Shown piece by piece: positions 13,851-27,400 of a stretch of 64,000 bases of DNA; position 1 is the first letter of the stretch, and each line of letters opens with the position of its first letter. The position numbers were made by a program, and so were the translations under genes. The notes beneath the pieces were generated by a model. That model was given only the letters and a program-made list of their open reading frames with translations, made no database searches and was not told where the DNA came from. Source of the stretch: Sarea resinae (taxonomy: Eukaryota); the NCBI GenBank assembly GCA_026026165.1, contig JAPEUD010000001.1, positions 434,001 to 498,000 on the forward strand, in the 5' to 3' direction.

Positions 13851-16800
13851 CAGGATCATCTCCGCAGCATGCGATAGACGACGGAACGCCGCGGACGAAC
13901 ATACTCTTGAATCAACTATCCCTTTGGCTAATCGAAGCTAGTCGAGAAGGGATACCAACGCAATACTAACGGCCAATTGTCGAGGCCCGCCCTCTCGCGG
14001 TTTGATTGCTGCGATTGACCGTGACGATATGCGGTTGGCTTCTCACCCCACCAACACCTCGTCCATCGGCTTCATAGGTGCATTACTGCCACCAAATTAG
14101 AGCGATATCCTGACTTCATACGGCGAACTAGATAAGCCTGATAAGCGCCCATTCCCAGACCCCAGGTGGCCAGTGTCCTTGAAAAGGTAGAGTTCCGTTC
14201 GTTGCTGGGTGAGCGGGCTGGCAAGATAACGCAAAGCAAGACATTCTGGAAGGCAAGCAGGCAGGGCCGGAGAAACTCAAACACCGACCACCGATGGGAA
14301 AGGTGGGGGTCGGGGGTTGGGGGTTGGTGGGCAAGAAAGAGAGGCCTTGATCGCTGAATGATATTACTCCATTCTGTACGTACGCTAAGCCGCCCAAGTC
14401 ACAACGGAAAAGGGTCATTGGTCTGCGAACACGCATCGTACTTCTTCTTGGCACACTTGCGGCGAGCAGGTGAGCTAGGTAGGGATGCTGCCCCGAGGTC
14501 ATGTAGCCAGCATGATTGCGTATTGACCCTTCATGTGACCGGACCGCTATGCCACCTCCCTGCCTGCCTTTCTCAGTGCACATGCGCAAAGGAATTGCTA
14601 AAATACCGGACTAGACAATCTTCAGAGGTGCAGGTAAGATGGCAGAACAAGAAAGGGAAGGAGAAGCGAAAGACGGACGGACGGACAAGATCGAGGAAGG
14701 GAGAGAAGAAGCGGGATTCCAAATAAGATTCCGCTTGCGGATTGCTAGCTGGTTGTCCTCGATTTCGTTTGTTGTGCTTCGGGGTCTGGAGTAAAGTAGG
14801 CCGAGTTCCCAAAGGAAAGGTAAGGTCCTAGGCAGTGGAAGATTCTAGCCTTTCGGACTTAAGAACGAGCGGCCGGAAATAGGAAAAATTGGTGTTCTTC
14901 CCCCTCAAAGGCGCACCGACACGAACGAAGGCCGTCGTTGGGAAAGTGTCTGTTACCAACAGACGGATTGACGGTCTAGACGGACGTCCTGACAGACAGC
15001 CCAGTAAGAAAAAGCCGGACTCGGTACTGAACAAGCCTACTCTAGCTCCAGCAACCTCCTCTGTGGTCCAGCGCCTTGGGGCGCCCTCAACCGGTCTACC
15101 TGCATGCAGGCTGCTCTGCTGCACTGCCCTGGCAGAACAAGAGAGCCCCCATCTACCTAGGTAGGTATCCGAGGGATTCCCGAGATAGCTGGATATCGTA
15201 GGGCTAGGACAAGCCAAGACGACGGACGAGATAGGCGCCGACAGCACCGACGACAAAGCCACCCGAGCTAAGGCAGGTCAATAGAGAGAAAAAGGGTTCG
15301 AATTGTGTGATGGTGATGGTGGTGATGGTGGTGGCGGTGGGGGAGAGTGAGGAGGGGGACACCACTTGGCCCCACAAACAGCAGGGCAGCAAAAACAGAT
15401 TGACTCAGGACATTATTCTTGAATCCAGGGCTAAGGAAAACGCGACTACGATCAGGCACACAGCGCCGCACCTTGAGCGCGCGCACGCGAGCCGAGAGCA
15501 CGCGCTCCGAGAGGAGCACGCGCACACATACTATGTACCTTGGGTATGTATTCGTAGGCCGGTCGATTAGATCAGCCGTTTGGCGCGTCTAGCTAGCTTA
15601 AATTAGCGCAGCGCTGACTTAGCGCGATTGGGGCGAGAGGGTGGGCAGCGATAGGTGGGCTGCTAAGTACCTAGGTAGGTAAATAAGCAGGCGCAAAACT
15701 GATAGAGATGAAGAGACGACATGAGCTGGACTAGCCCAAATGATAGAGAGACAGAGAGAGAGAGTGTGTGTCTGTGTGGGGGGGAAAAGCGCACCCTGGC
15801 CTACAGACGGGTCGATCATACCCAGATCTCGAAGCAACGAGGACCGACGAGATCTGGAACTGGACCGCCTGGAATAGCTCTTCCATCGGCGCTCAGTGAC
15901 CTTACCTTGGTAAAATGATTGTGACTGAGATGAGATAGTCATGTTGACAGGGGGCTTAGGTAGGTAGGTAAGGTATCTGGACTACGGAATCCACCTACGC
16001 ACCTACGGTTCAGACAATCGAGTAACAGCAGTAGCCTTCCCCCGCCTAACCTTGAAATGTTCCCTTGAAAACGATAAAGTCCGACTAATCGAATGCCCAG
16101 ATACTCAGACGGACGATATCCTGGTCATAAAACAAAATTCGCAAATTAGCAATATGTAAAGAAAAGCTCACCCAAAAAAAGCGAATTTCACAGACCCTTA
16201 CACATACCCCAGTGCCAGTTCCAAGTTCCCGAAATTCGAAACGCCCCTCCATGTACTAGCCCTACCTCCATCTCTCTCTTACTGTCGCCCCTGTGCGGCC
16301 GTCCAGCATCCCAGCATCCCAGCATCCTAGCAGCCTAGTAGCCCAGTAGTCCAGTGCAGGACTAGGGCGCCAGCGCCCCGGCTCACCTCCCCTGGGAGTA
16401 ATTTCGGCTATCTTCATGCGCCTTAGACGCAGCACATCATCTTGCATTTTCCGACCTACTCGTAGCTATGCCACACACATCCCAAATCAAGCCAGCCTAT
16501 CGATCTTGACAACCCTGCAGATGTAAGACGCAAGACAAGAAAAACAACCAAACCAAATCCTGTCAACCCTGGCTGGCCACCGACACCAAACCAAACGGTT
16601 TAGTACATACCTAATTATGAAAGACGCCACCATGATCCATGGATCCAAGCAGTCGGTCCCTTCCTAAATTCATCTCTGCTTGTGGATTTCGCGGAGGTCG
16701 GCGAGTAACAACCTCCGGCTGCCGCAGCAGCAGCAGCAGCAGCAGCCAAACGAATTGGTTAGCTAGCCAGGCAGGTCATTCGATCAATCACTATTTATCG

Positions 16801-18491
16801 ATCTCAGCAGGACGACCTTGGCTGGTCTGCGAACGATAGGCAGGCAGATAGGCCGATGCATGGACTATTCTCCTGAACGCTAGGAGAAGGAGCGAGAAGG
16901 CATGCGAGTTTGGTTCGGTTCCTTCCCTCCTATTCCCTACCCGCCTCTGCTGCACGTCCATCAGCTTGTAGCTTTAGCACCAATCGTACCTTGCTGGATG
17001 TTGTTCGAATGCGGCAATCAGGGCGAATAGGAGTCAACTCAGGCAAGGAGCCGCGCATGGATGCATGCAAGCGATGATGATGATGATTATATCCCTAACC
17101 CAATGGAGCCGAACGTGCACCAGATTGAGGCGAGGACAGAGGACAGAGCGAGAAGGCAAGAAACGTGTCTGTCATTGTTCCAGCCCTGAGCTCTGGAATT
17201 TTTATTTTCCCCGCAATCGCGGACTCACGGACTGGTGTAACCGATGAGTGTACCTTAATGAGGTAACATAGTTGGAGAAAAGTAGATGAAGAGCTGACTA
17301 TACATGTGGTGCTCTGCATGTGAACTTGCCTCTTGCGTATTTGCCTATAATAAACAGTAAGAACGAACGGCCATCAAATCATTGCCCATCAACTTCAGTC
17401 TCATCCAACCTGATGAGTATTGCAAATCGCGAGCTGGTTTAAAGAGACATGCTGGACGGACCCTTACGACACTGAGGAAAGCACGCTGTGGTCCTGGCAG
17501 ACGCCGCTTTCGGATAGCTGCGCAAGAGCTCCTTCACCGCCGCCACCAAACAGAGCAGAACTGAGCAGAAGACCTACTTAATATTATCCTTCTGAAGAGC
17601 TTCCTATCGACGTGACCAGCAAGCAGATTCAACACGGACCAACAGTGGATCATCTTCAATTTGTTCAAAGCAAATTAGCACCACACAGAAAACGCATCTG
17701 GAAAGGCACGCTCCCGAAATATACTGCGCCAGGAACCCACCAGAGGTGCTTCGCGAGACTCGTGAACGGCCAAACATCTCCAAATCGACAGCTGTTGCAG
17801 ATAAAGAACCATCGCTGCATTCTTTCAAACCATCCTTCCCTTCTATTCCTGTCAGCCCTATTCCTGTCAGCCGAGAGCGATAACTCAGGAACAAAGAACG
17901 ACGGGCCAAAGCGAAGGCGTCACCTACCCATAAGGCGGTCCAAACAACCATCTCTCAGCTTGATCTATCCTCCAGCCGTGCTATTTCATTTCCATCTCTG
18001 GTAAGCTAGGTGAACTGGTTGCAGATCGGGTCGCCGCAACAGGTTCGTTCCAAGATTCCTGCCCATGTCTGTTAGGCGGAACTCCCGCATCTAAAGACAA
18101 ATACTTTCCCGCGATTGATTTCCCGGATCAATGGATAACCTGAACTTCTTCCATTTGCAGAAAACTTCCAGAACATTTGAATCAACAGTCGAACCATCCT
18201 TAGGCCTCTGTGTCTTGACGCCCGGAGCATCAGCTATCCTCCATCTCACACGTTCCGTTCCAGCGTTGATCAGCTGTTGATCCAGTTAAGGGCAGGGAAG
18301 GAAGGAGACTGCTTCAAACAGTCTGATCCTTCCATGAGCATCATTTGATCCAGCGGTCAGCGAGAAGACTCTCACGTAACCGGTCACCAAACAGCATCAA
18401 TTTGACCACCTCTTCGTACTCATCGCCGACTGCAGCGCCTAATCTTGGTCTCAATTAGTCCAAGACCGTTCTCCCGTTTCAATCCTCAAGA

Positions 18492-20162
18492 ATGTCAATA
18501 GGAGGACTACTCAACGCACAGCCGCCAACGCTTTTCCTACCCGACGACACTGAATCTCAGTACAATATTAACCATCTGGTCCGTCCGCTATACAAAACCA
18601 ACGAACACCCATACGGGCAACAATCATCTTTAGGAGCCCCTACCTCGACGTCTCAAGACAGAACAATGAGACAGACGTTGCGGCGTCACCCCAGTGACAT
18701 GGTGAGTGTCCAGCTAACATGAACTGCTGTTGGATTCAGCAAGCACGGACGAGCAGAAGCTGATCCGCCATAGCAGGGCTCTAGCATCTCTCCAGCAAGC
18801 ATGATCGAAGAGCTAGACTCGCCTTCGACACCTGGCTCGACCGCTAGTTTCGAAGCAAGACACACAAGAAGCGGCCGCCCAGTTACGGGAAGGTCACAAG
18901 ACAGAATGGCCGTACAGACAAAGCCGAGAACAACCAAGGTCCCAAGAATGAGAAAAGCGGCCAAACAGGGCAAAGCCGATAAACGGAAAGTGCCCAAATT
19001 GGAAGCGCCTCTGAGCGTACTCACCAAGGACTATAATCACATTCCCGTCCGCGATATGAAAGCATGGGTCAATAGGTCCATCGAAGTCCGTAGACAGGAG
19101 GTGGAAAAACTGAATGGATACATCAAGAGACCCATGAACTCATTCATACTTTACCGGTCCGCATTCGCCGAGAGGACCAAGCTCTGGTGCCTCCAGAACA
19201 ATCATCAGGTCGTCTCGTCAGTTTCAGGAGAGAGCTGGCCTATGGAGCCCGTGTCCGTTCGAGATGAATACAACGAGATGGCCAGAGTAGAAAGGATAAA
19301 TCACCAAGACGCCCACCCTGGATACAAATTCTGTCCCAGCAAAGCACAGACAGCTAACCGAAAAAGGAAGCAATCATCCGATCTCGAAGAGGACGAGCAC
19401 AGCGATCTGGATGATGGTGATTCCGAATGGGGCCGGAGCAGTCAGCGACAGCTCAGGACGAAGCCTAAAAAGAGGCAGATAAAAGAGGTAGAATATGCCG
19501 CCAGCAGCGGATCTGGTGACGATTCGTGGCAAGATGGATCCGGATTCAATACACCCGGATATGTCTTTCTCAACGAGGGACCACAAAAATCTTCATATCA
19601 AGCAAATAATCCCGGCAAGCCGCTCCCAACCGCCATGTCTGCTGTTGACATGCCAGGTCAGTATTATCAGACCACTGTGCATCCAAATGCAGCCGTGCCG
19701 AATGTGGAAGATGTGAGGATCCGAAGGACTGAAACCCCAGGAATGCTATATGGAGGCACTCCGCCTCTTCTTGGCCTACCTGGAGGTTCGCATTATGATT
19801 TGATGCAACCCCAGCCATATCGCACTAGCAATGGGTTTGCAACAGACCAATCTCAAGTCGATCCGTTGCTGCTCGCATATGACAGCAGCCATCTTGCATA
19901 CACTGATGGCCAAATGAGTGAAGCATCCAATGGGAGCTTCCATCACATGGACCATGGAGCTCATTTTGACTCGTCTTATGGGATGGTAGATCGAGGACTC
20001 GGCCCGGACGGTCTCGGTCGCTACATCAGCAGCGCCCCACAATATTCCCAATACCACCAACATATGTCAGCTTATCAGACTCAGATGCCGATGTTCAGTG
20101 AGGTAGACGACCATTTTGACTCAGGCCACTTCCAAGACTGGATGGGGGTCAAGAATGACTGA
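18492..20162 (+). CDS. HMG-box transcription factor, MATA_HMG/SOX-TCF-like class (exons 18492-18701 and about 18774-20162; start uncertain)
   Basis: HMG box IKRPMNSFILYR...NHQVVSSVSGESW...HQDAHPGYKFCP followed by a basic RKRK tail. GTGAGT donor at 18702 and TAG/CAG acceptor at 18773/18776 keep the frame. Confidence 0.85.
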
Positions 20163-21021
20163 GCCGGCTTTTCAAGGCCAATTGGAGAATTTAGGTCGAA
20201 GGAAGGCGTATGAAATGGTGGCGTATAGTATGTGGCGTCCGCGGAGATTCATCATGAGTATCGAGAGGATCGAGCTAGCCACGGCGACTCCTTACAAAAG
20301 CTAGACGATTCGGGATTCTTCTTTGGTTTTTTTTTTTTGCTTTTAGACTTTCTTTGATTCTTGGAGGCTTTCTGTTTATCAGCGGATAGACGTGGGTTGA
20401 AATGGACATTTTGTATTGACGCGGCGTTTTCGTTGGTTTATCGTCGCTGTATTTTGATTGTAGAAAATCCTGCTTCTCAAATGGCCTTGACAAGATCGAG
20501 AAATATGGCACCTGAGCGTGTAACAATTCCGCTGCGATCGAACGAGGCGCATCGTGATCTTTAGTCCTTGCTCAGTTCTTGACACGAACCTTTTCTCTGC
20601 GGTCATTAGGAGGATATTAGGAAGACGCTGCAAGAGTAACAAAGAAAGCCCTTGTTAGCTCATGCAATGCGGAGAGGGGATGATCCCATTGTCTGAACGT
20701 GTGAAGCTTCAGCTTGGCTGAAGGACGGCGGATGGCTGCATGACGCGGAAGCGTGGGTGATGACGATTGGCTTTGTTGATGCATTTGCAGGTGACTGCCC
20801 GATGAGAGTGCACTCTGCCGCCGTAAGGAATCCCGTACCGTATTCGAACATTCAACGCGAGAAACGCGTCTTCCGACCTCTATCAACCTGCAGTGTGGGT
20901 AGTTGCTTCAATATTCCCCTTCATTACTCACGTTCGAACAGAAGAGGTGGCCATAACTGATGTCTCCAGCGGCGTCAAGACATTCTCTGACCTCGATAGA
21001 CTCTCCTGCTAGACTCTCCTA

Positions 21022-21839
21022 ATGTACGGGGAGTTGGGAAACAAACTCGTAGGCCTCACAGCACCCCTCCCTCGCTCTACCACCACCACCACCACAAACG
21101 CACTCAGACTCACCCCAGATAGGTTCAACATGCCAAACGCACGCAATCGCTCGCGCACCTACCCCCCTACCAGACGGAATACGTCCGGGCCGTGACCCGC
21201 GAGGTGCGCGACCTCGACAAAGACGTCTCGGCCATCCTAGCCCCCTTCGCCGGGTCATTCGACCCCTCCTCCGAGCCCGCCACTGCCTGCGCTCTTCTCG
21301 TCGATCACCTCTTCATGCGTCGCAACAAGCGATGCCTGCTCGCCTACCACCGTGTGCGCTCGGATAAGCTGGAGGAAATGTGCTGGAGTGGTGTAGACGT
21401 ATTGGAGCAGCAACAAGCACAGCAGCAACAGCAGGCGGAGAGAGCGAGGAATGGCGAAGCTGGAGCCGTTGCAGGAGCGGGCTTGGGAGTGGAGGGAGGC
21501 AATACGAGCTCGTTGAGTCCAGAGGAGGAGGAATACGTGCGGCAGTACAGCGACATGCTCGCAGCGTACAAGGGGCAATGGACGGACATTGATTTGACGG
21601 GAAGTCTAGAACCGCCGCGGGATTTATTCATCGACGTGCGTGTGCTGAAGGATGCGGGTGAGATACAGACGGAGTACGGGTAGGTTTTATCCCCCTTAGA
21701 ATGACTCCCTTGGTACTTCGTGGCATGATCTCTTACTCGTCACAGGGCCATCACCTTGAGCAAAAACAGCCAGTTCTACGTCCGCCAAGGCGATGTCGAG
21801 CGACTGATAGCTCAAGGGTATCTCCAGCGACTAAGCTAA
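21022..21839 (+). CDS. psf1: GINS complex subunit Psf1 (exons 21022-21048, 21123-21679, 21746-21839)
   Basis: MYGELGNKLVQHAKR start, MRRNKRCLLAYH, IDLTGSLEPPRDLFIDVRVLKDAGEIQTEYG and KNSQFYVRQGDVERLIAQGYL. Confidence 0.95.
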
Positions 21840-22158
21840 CATTTGCTATTGAAAGAGTATTACGATTGTCATCTATTTTGTTCTCGGGGGGACTGGACTG
21901 GGTCAGGCTCGTCATAGATAGGGGTTTTGGAGTCTCGGCCTCTCGCATACACATTGACATCAACGACCTCGTCAACTCTTCTAACACCTCATCAATATGT
22001 CAAGACGGTATCTCCGCTGATTTCAGACCCAATATAATTTCCCCAAAGACTCCGCATTCATGTCAAGAGCCTTATTCAACACCCCAAGACGCATCCTCCT
22101 TGGTACCCAATCAATAACCCTTACCACTCTACCCCCGCCCAGCGAGGATAGAAGCCAT

Positions 22159-22695
22159 CTAGAAGCTCCCAAAACCACCCTCCAAGATCTCAAAGATCCC
22201 GCCGGCCTCATCTCGGCGCGGTCTCGGTTCCAATATAGAATCAGACGATACTCCCACCGAGTAGCGGCATCCAGGTCTCGGCCCCGGTCCCAGCTTGCTG
22301 TTGTTCTTCTCCCTTCTCAAATCGCCAGTCCGTGCTGATGCATTGAACCTTCTACTTGTGCGTCTTGAGATGAGGGGATTGAAATGGTTCCGGAAGGCCA
22401 CGAGGGGTCGGAGAGACCTGCGGTGGGTGATGGGCGGGTGGTATAAGGAGGACACCGAGGAAGAGGACGAAGACGATCGTGATTTGATAGTCGACGTGGA
22501 AGAGAATATGGATGCCGATGTGGATGCCGAGGATGAAGTTGAAGTCAAGCTAGATGCGTCGGCAGAGTCTTGATGTGCTTGGCTGCCGGTATGAACGTAG
22601 CTCTGTTGTCTTTGCTGCCACTGTGCCTCCTCGACACTCTCGGTCATGGAGGCGAAAGCACGAGATGTAGGCGGAGATATTTGAATTTCAGTCAT
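22159..22695 (-). CDS. Small Ser-rich hypothetical protein (178 aa)
   Basis: Single ATG-started ORF with a low-complexity Ser body and an ordered-looking C-terminal motif SILEPRP...GIFEILEG. No family recognised. Confidence 0.5.
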   Translation of the reverse strand: MTEIQISPPTSRAFASMTESVEEAQWQQRQQSYVHTGSQAHQDSADASSLTSTSSSASTSASIFSSTSTIKSRSSSSSSSVSSLYHPPITHRRSLRPLVAFRNHFNPLISRRTSRRFNASARTGDLRREKNNSKLGPGPRPGCRYSVGVSSDSILEPRPRRDEAGGIFEILEGGFGSF

Positions 22696-24055
22696 GTCGA
22701 AGCCGTATTTGCTGTATTTGATCGGCTCGTTTTGTATCTCGCCTCGAATTATGAAAACTATTCAACCCTTCGAGTCGCTTGAACGTAGACCTGATCCAGG
22801 ATGCTGCAAGAGGATATCGGATACGGTATGGCACACGAGTGAGAAAGCCGTGAACCAATGTTCCTTGAGGCGGATAGGCAAGACCAGTCGTAGAAAGAGG
22901 AGAGGTGTATGTGTTTGGCAGGCGCAAAGAAAATATAAGGATATTAATTGGTCGGCGCTTCCCAATATTCTTCTAAGGATCCAGCCCTCAACTTGCCGTA
23001 TCTTTCCGTCCTTCCTTCCAGACTTGAATGGCAGGAAGTAGGCAGCCAAGTAGAAGGGAATGCGGTGCCTGCTCTCCGTTGTACGTAGGCAGAAGAAGAA
23101 TTATCAAAGAGTGGGTGATCGTAATAGCACAGCTATAAATTTTCTTGCGATACAAGATCATCAACTGTCTCTGTCTCTGAGAGATATCAGATTGTTGGAA
23201 ATTTTGAAAAGGTCAAGTATGAGGAGAGCTGTCCTGGATTTTGAGAGGAAAGAGAGACTCTAGAGAGAGGGAGCCAGAAAGGGGGATAAGCGTTCTAGGA
23301 TGAGCACGAGGCATCAATTGCGGATCGGAATGCGTAAATAGTCAACAAAGCTAAATCAACAAGCCCCCCCCCCCCCCGGGTGCCAACAGACAACGACCCC
23401 GGGGAAGCATCCATCAGGAATGCGACAACCCTGTAGGCATTCGTAAACGAACAGACCTTGGTGGAGTTTCGCTCATGTCTGTTCTCATTCCATTTCTCCT
23501 CTCCGCAGGCAGGATCATATCCGATCTACGCCGTTTCCATTGTTCTTGCAGTAATCTGAAGTGGGTGATGGTTGGCGGGTACACGCATAGACGCATACGG
23601 ATGGCATGAGTCTGGGTTGGATCGCATAATCTGGCATGACTGCATACCTCGCATGTCTATGCATGGGTGCCTGTTGCTGGTAACAATGGAGCACATTCCG
23701 GTGAAACGAGACCATTTAGATTAGCACATTGATGGGAGTCTGAAACGATGGCCTAGACATGAAATGATTAGAATCGTACTATGTACACGCAGATATGTGC
23801 GAACGGCGAACCAAAACTCAGGCCCCAGGGGCCCGGTCGGTTGAGTGAGGTTCGAAGCTTTTTCCTTGATTTACGAACGCAGTATAAGATTTGTACGGAG
23901 AGCGAAGAGAGTCATTATACAGATCGTGCCCAGAGGGATATCATGAATTGTAACGCCTTCGGAGAACCGGGGTCTGTAGCCACAAACCCGTATTGAACAT
24001 CACAAGGGATAGTAAAAATAAATGTTTATTCTGTGTATTCGAGTGCGACTGTGAA

Positions 24056-26370
24056 TCAATCACCACCATCCCCATCATCATCGTCGTCGTCGTCGTCGTC
24101 ACTCCCGAAGATTGCTTTGAAAACAGCATCACCCGCCCTCTCACCCTCTAGCGCCTCATTTCGCTCGGCATCGACAACCACAGCGTCCTTCGCTTTCAGG
24201 CCACCAGCATCAGAAGCCGTGGTCCCTCCGACCTCACGAATGAGCTCATCTATCGCAGTCTGGGAGACTAGGTCTAGTTTGGAATTTTTAGACCGGGCCT
24301 CAGGCTCAGGCCCCAGCCCAGTAGACGGCGATGAGGAAGTCTGGAATCCCGCGTCCTGAAAGGGATTCATAGGATCAGCGCCATTGCGCCCAGCAGCTCC
24401 AGAGGCTTCTCTAGAGGCTGGAGGATGAGAGTCCGAGTCTGGCTGGACATGCGCTGGGGGCTTGACGTTGAAGCGTTTACAGAGCAATCTCGTTGGCATG
24501 AAATGCTGGACGGACCGCGTCATGGGCCCGAACATGCCTAATTTCGCTGCTGCTTCCGCGGGATCCTCCGGGGGTTTTGCTGGCTTGTGCAGAAGCGAGT
24601 CTGGCTGGGCATCGGAGGAACTGTCAGTGCCTGCTTGAGTGGAAGAAGAAGATGAAGACGTGAATCGTGAAGCCATCATGCCGGACATAGGTTTGAATAT
24701 CTGAGCAGCGTGCGCAAACTCCTGAAGTTCTTTTATCCAGTCGTCATGAGAGAGGCCCGGCTTCCGTTCCGGAAGTGTATCAGCACGCAGACCGGCATTG
24801 ATCTCGAGAAAGGCGCGATAGCGGGCCCGTTTTGCTTCGTCCTCTGCGTATGGCATAAAGCCACCAGCACTACTTCGGCTCAAGGCTTGAGCAGCAATGG
24901 CTTTGTCGACCTTGGGGATGGCCTTCCATAATTCCTGTTGCTTTTCGTCCTCGGTCAAGCTGTATCCTGCTGGTGCGGGCTCATTGAGGGCCGCTGGGAG
25001 ATTCGACTTCCCAGAGGCCGTCACAATTCGATCGCGAGCGGACTGTGTCAGGAAATCAAAGACAGACTTGCCCTTGAGTTGCTCTTCACCTAGGAGTGAA
25101 GCGCGGGCTTTGGGATCGAGTCTAGATGCCTTAGCAGCATCCGCAGCAGACTGATAAGTGGATATCCCTTGAGGAGATGACACCTGCTTTGATGATACCC
25201 AGTCTTCTGGAACCTTCGGAGGAGGATATCTTCCATCTTGATTAACGATAGACGACAAGGGATCCGAGTCGCTTGATAATATGAAACCCTCTAATGGTAG
25301 ACGCCCGTCGTGGCATTTGCGGAAGGATGTTGCCGCTACTGCCTTTTTCGAGATGAAGACCGGAGCAGATCCTAAAAGAGGATTTGCAGCACCTAGGGAT
25401 GGCCTCCCAATTTCGGCCTTTTTCTTCTTTTTCTTGTCTCCAATGACACGATTGTAGGAAATGCGCGGACCCATCTCATAGGGGTCCTCATCGTCTGACC
25501 CGGTATCATTCAATATTCCAACGCCTAGGCCGCCTCTCCGAGGTGCCTTTTTCTTCTGCTTTGCAGTACTCGTGCCAAAATGGTTATCGTCCCCATCCTC
25601 CTCCTCGCCTTTACTGGAAGATGCATCCATCTGTGCAGATAATCGGGCCTCACCAGCGTAGCTCAAGCCCTTGCGGTCAGTCTTCCGTGTGAACGTAACC
25701 ATACTCGGATTCTCCGGAGCGAAAAGATGCGCAGTCTCGTTGGCCTCCCCTTCATGTCTGTCTTCGTCATCAAGTCGCGCTTTTCGCCTGACTCGGGGAC
25801 CGACTCCCTGTCCTTCCCTCCATCCCATCTTACGCAGCAGTTGCACACCCATAGTATCGCCTCCGGACTTGAGCAAGTCCATTAACACCCCTCGGCGAGC
25901 CTGTTCTTCGTCGGTGGAACCCAAGCCAGCAAAGGAATCAGTAGTTTGTAGCCGTTGTGCCTCTGCAGCATCGGCCAGATCCTCTTCGTCCATAAAGTCT
26001 TCTGGCCGTTGCTGCGCTGTCTGTGAAGCGTCCTTTTTTCGAGCTGCACGAGATGAGACAAACGTCGAGGGCGTCCAACCTTCCTTGGATCCAACGGTGT
26101 TGAAATATCTATCATCTGATGTCAGATCCTATTATAAAGCAGACTCGCATTTTAAAAGCCTTACCCAGCGCTGAATCCACCGGTGAAAGCGCCATGCAGG
26201 CGTTTCCTTCCACGTTCGTCTCTCACCTCCTGTTTCCAGACCGGAACATAAGATCCATCGTCGCGGATCTCGGGATCTACTGGCGGTAAGGCGGTGCCGT
26301 AAAGGACGAAGGGAGATTGACGAGTTTGCAGGTCAGCCTCATAGGCCGCGCGCGATCTCTTCTGAGCCAT
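24056..26370 (-). CDS. G-patch domain protein, GPATCH1/DUF1604-like (exons 26370-26165, 26108-24056)
   Basis: [34 protein letters not shown] (DUF1604-type), G-patch [38 protein letters not shown] and C-terminal [10 protein letters not shown]. Confidence 0.9.
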
Positions 26371-27400
26371 CGCGGGCAGTGGGACATTGTCATCAACACA
26401 CTTCACGTTCGGCGCTGCTCATCAAACTTGAAGTACGGCACGGATGGAGCTCTCGATGGACTTGATCTCAGAGATAAGATACGATTTGATCAAGTCCGAG
26501 AGTCCATGGAGTACTCTGGAGTACGAAGTCACATCTGGATACTACTCTGTACCTCCACTACTTTGCGTACTGCAGTACAGAGTACGCTGTAGTAGTGTAG
26601 ACATAGGTAGCGACTGCCTAAATAGCAACTCTTATCTTCTGATTCCTCAGGGCTGCAATAGAAGTCCACAACGTATCCATTCGTAATTCCTTCCTATCTT
26701 CTATTAGCAGCAAGTCGCTGCACGCAATTAAGGAATAAATCACATTTAAGGGCCACTAGCATTCTGAGGCTTAGCCACATATACTTGAGAGTACTTTTAG
26801 TGCAGCATGCAGGCTGGTCTAGGAGAAAGCATTCTTGTTACATTCTATTACTTTATCACCACATTCACTCTCACATCATAATCTCTGCCATCTGGCCACA
26901 ATACGATTCGGCAGGCTATAAAAAGCTTATGATAAAGACAGTTTTTCGTTTTTTTTGTGATTTAATAATGGAGCCGCGAACGTTTGAACAATTAAGAGGG
27001 CCACGAGTCAATCCCATACCTATTTGTAGTAGAGGGAGACATCAGAACCGGCCGGTAAAGTAGGATAGCGAGACTGGCAACGAGTAAGTGAACCCGTGAA
27101 GAAGGCTGGACAGTGTAACATATGACAAAACACGCATAATGCAAAAACGACTTTTGAGCGCGAACAGGCCGCCTATGACCCGTTGATTACTTTTCTGCTC
27201 CTCGGTCGGAAGCGTCATCGCCATGCACCCACAGATGGCTGCTACTTCCGACCTCACGATGGATGTCAAGGGGAAGGGATGTAGGACAGCTTGTTAGAGC
27301 CATGATTCCTACTCAACCCCCATCCACTACTCGTATCAAAGGTCTTGCTGCAATTGCGTGGGCGTGCCAGATCTGGGGACCAGACTGGCAACCCCACCCT

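Noticed and set aside
17410..17440. CTGATGA core suggesting a hammerhead ribozyme or C/D snoRNA
   Set aside because: No matching GAAA and stems, and no convincing D box or terminal stem, could be built by eye.
11000..18004. Many 60-150 aa ORFs in the large intergenic region
   Set aside because: Overlapping on both strands, driven by simple repeats, with no recognisable domains or coherent exon chain.
18801..20162. HMG-box gene as mating-type MAT1-2-1
   Set aside because: No APN2/SLA2 flanks, no intron within the HMG box, and the protein is longer with a different organisation.
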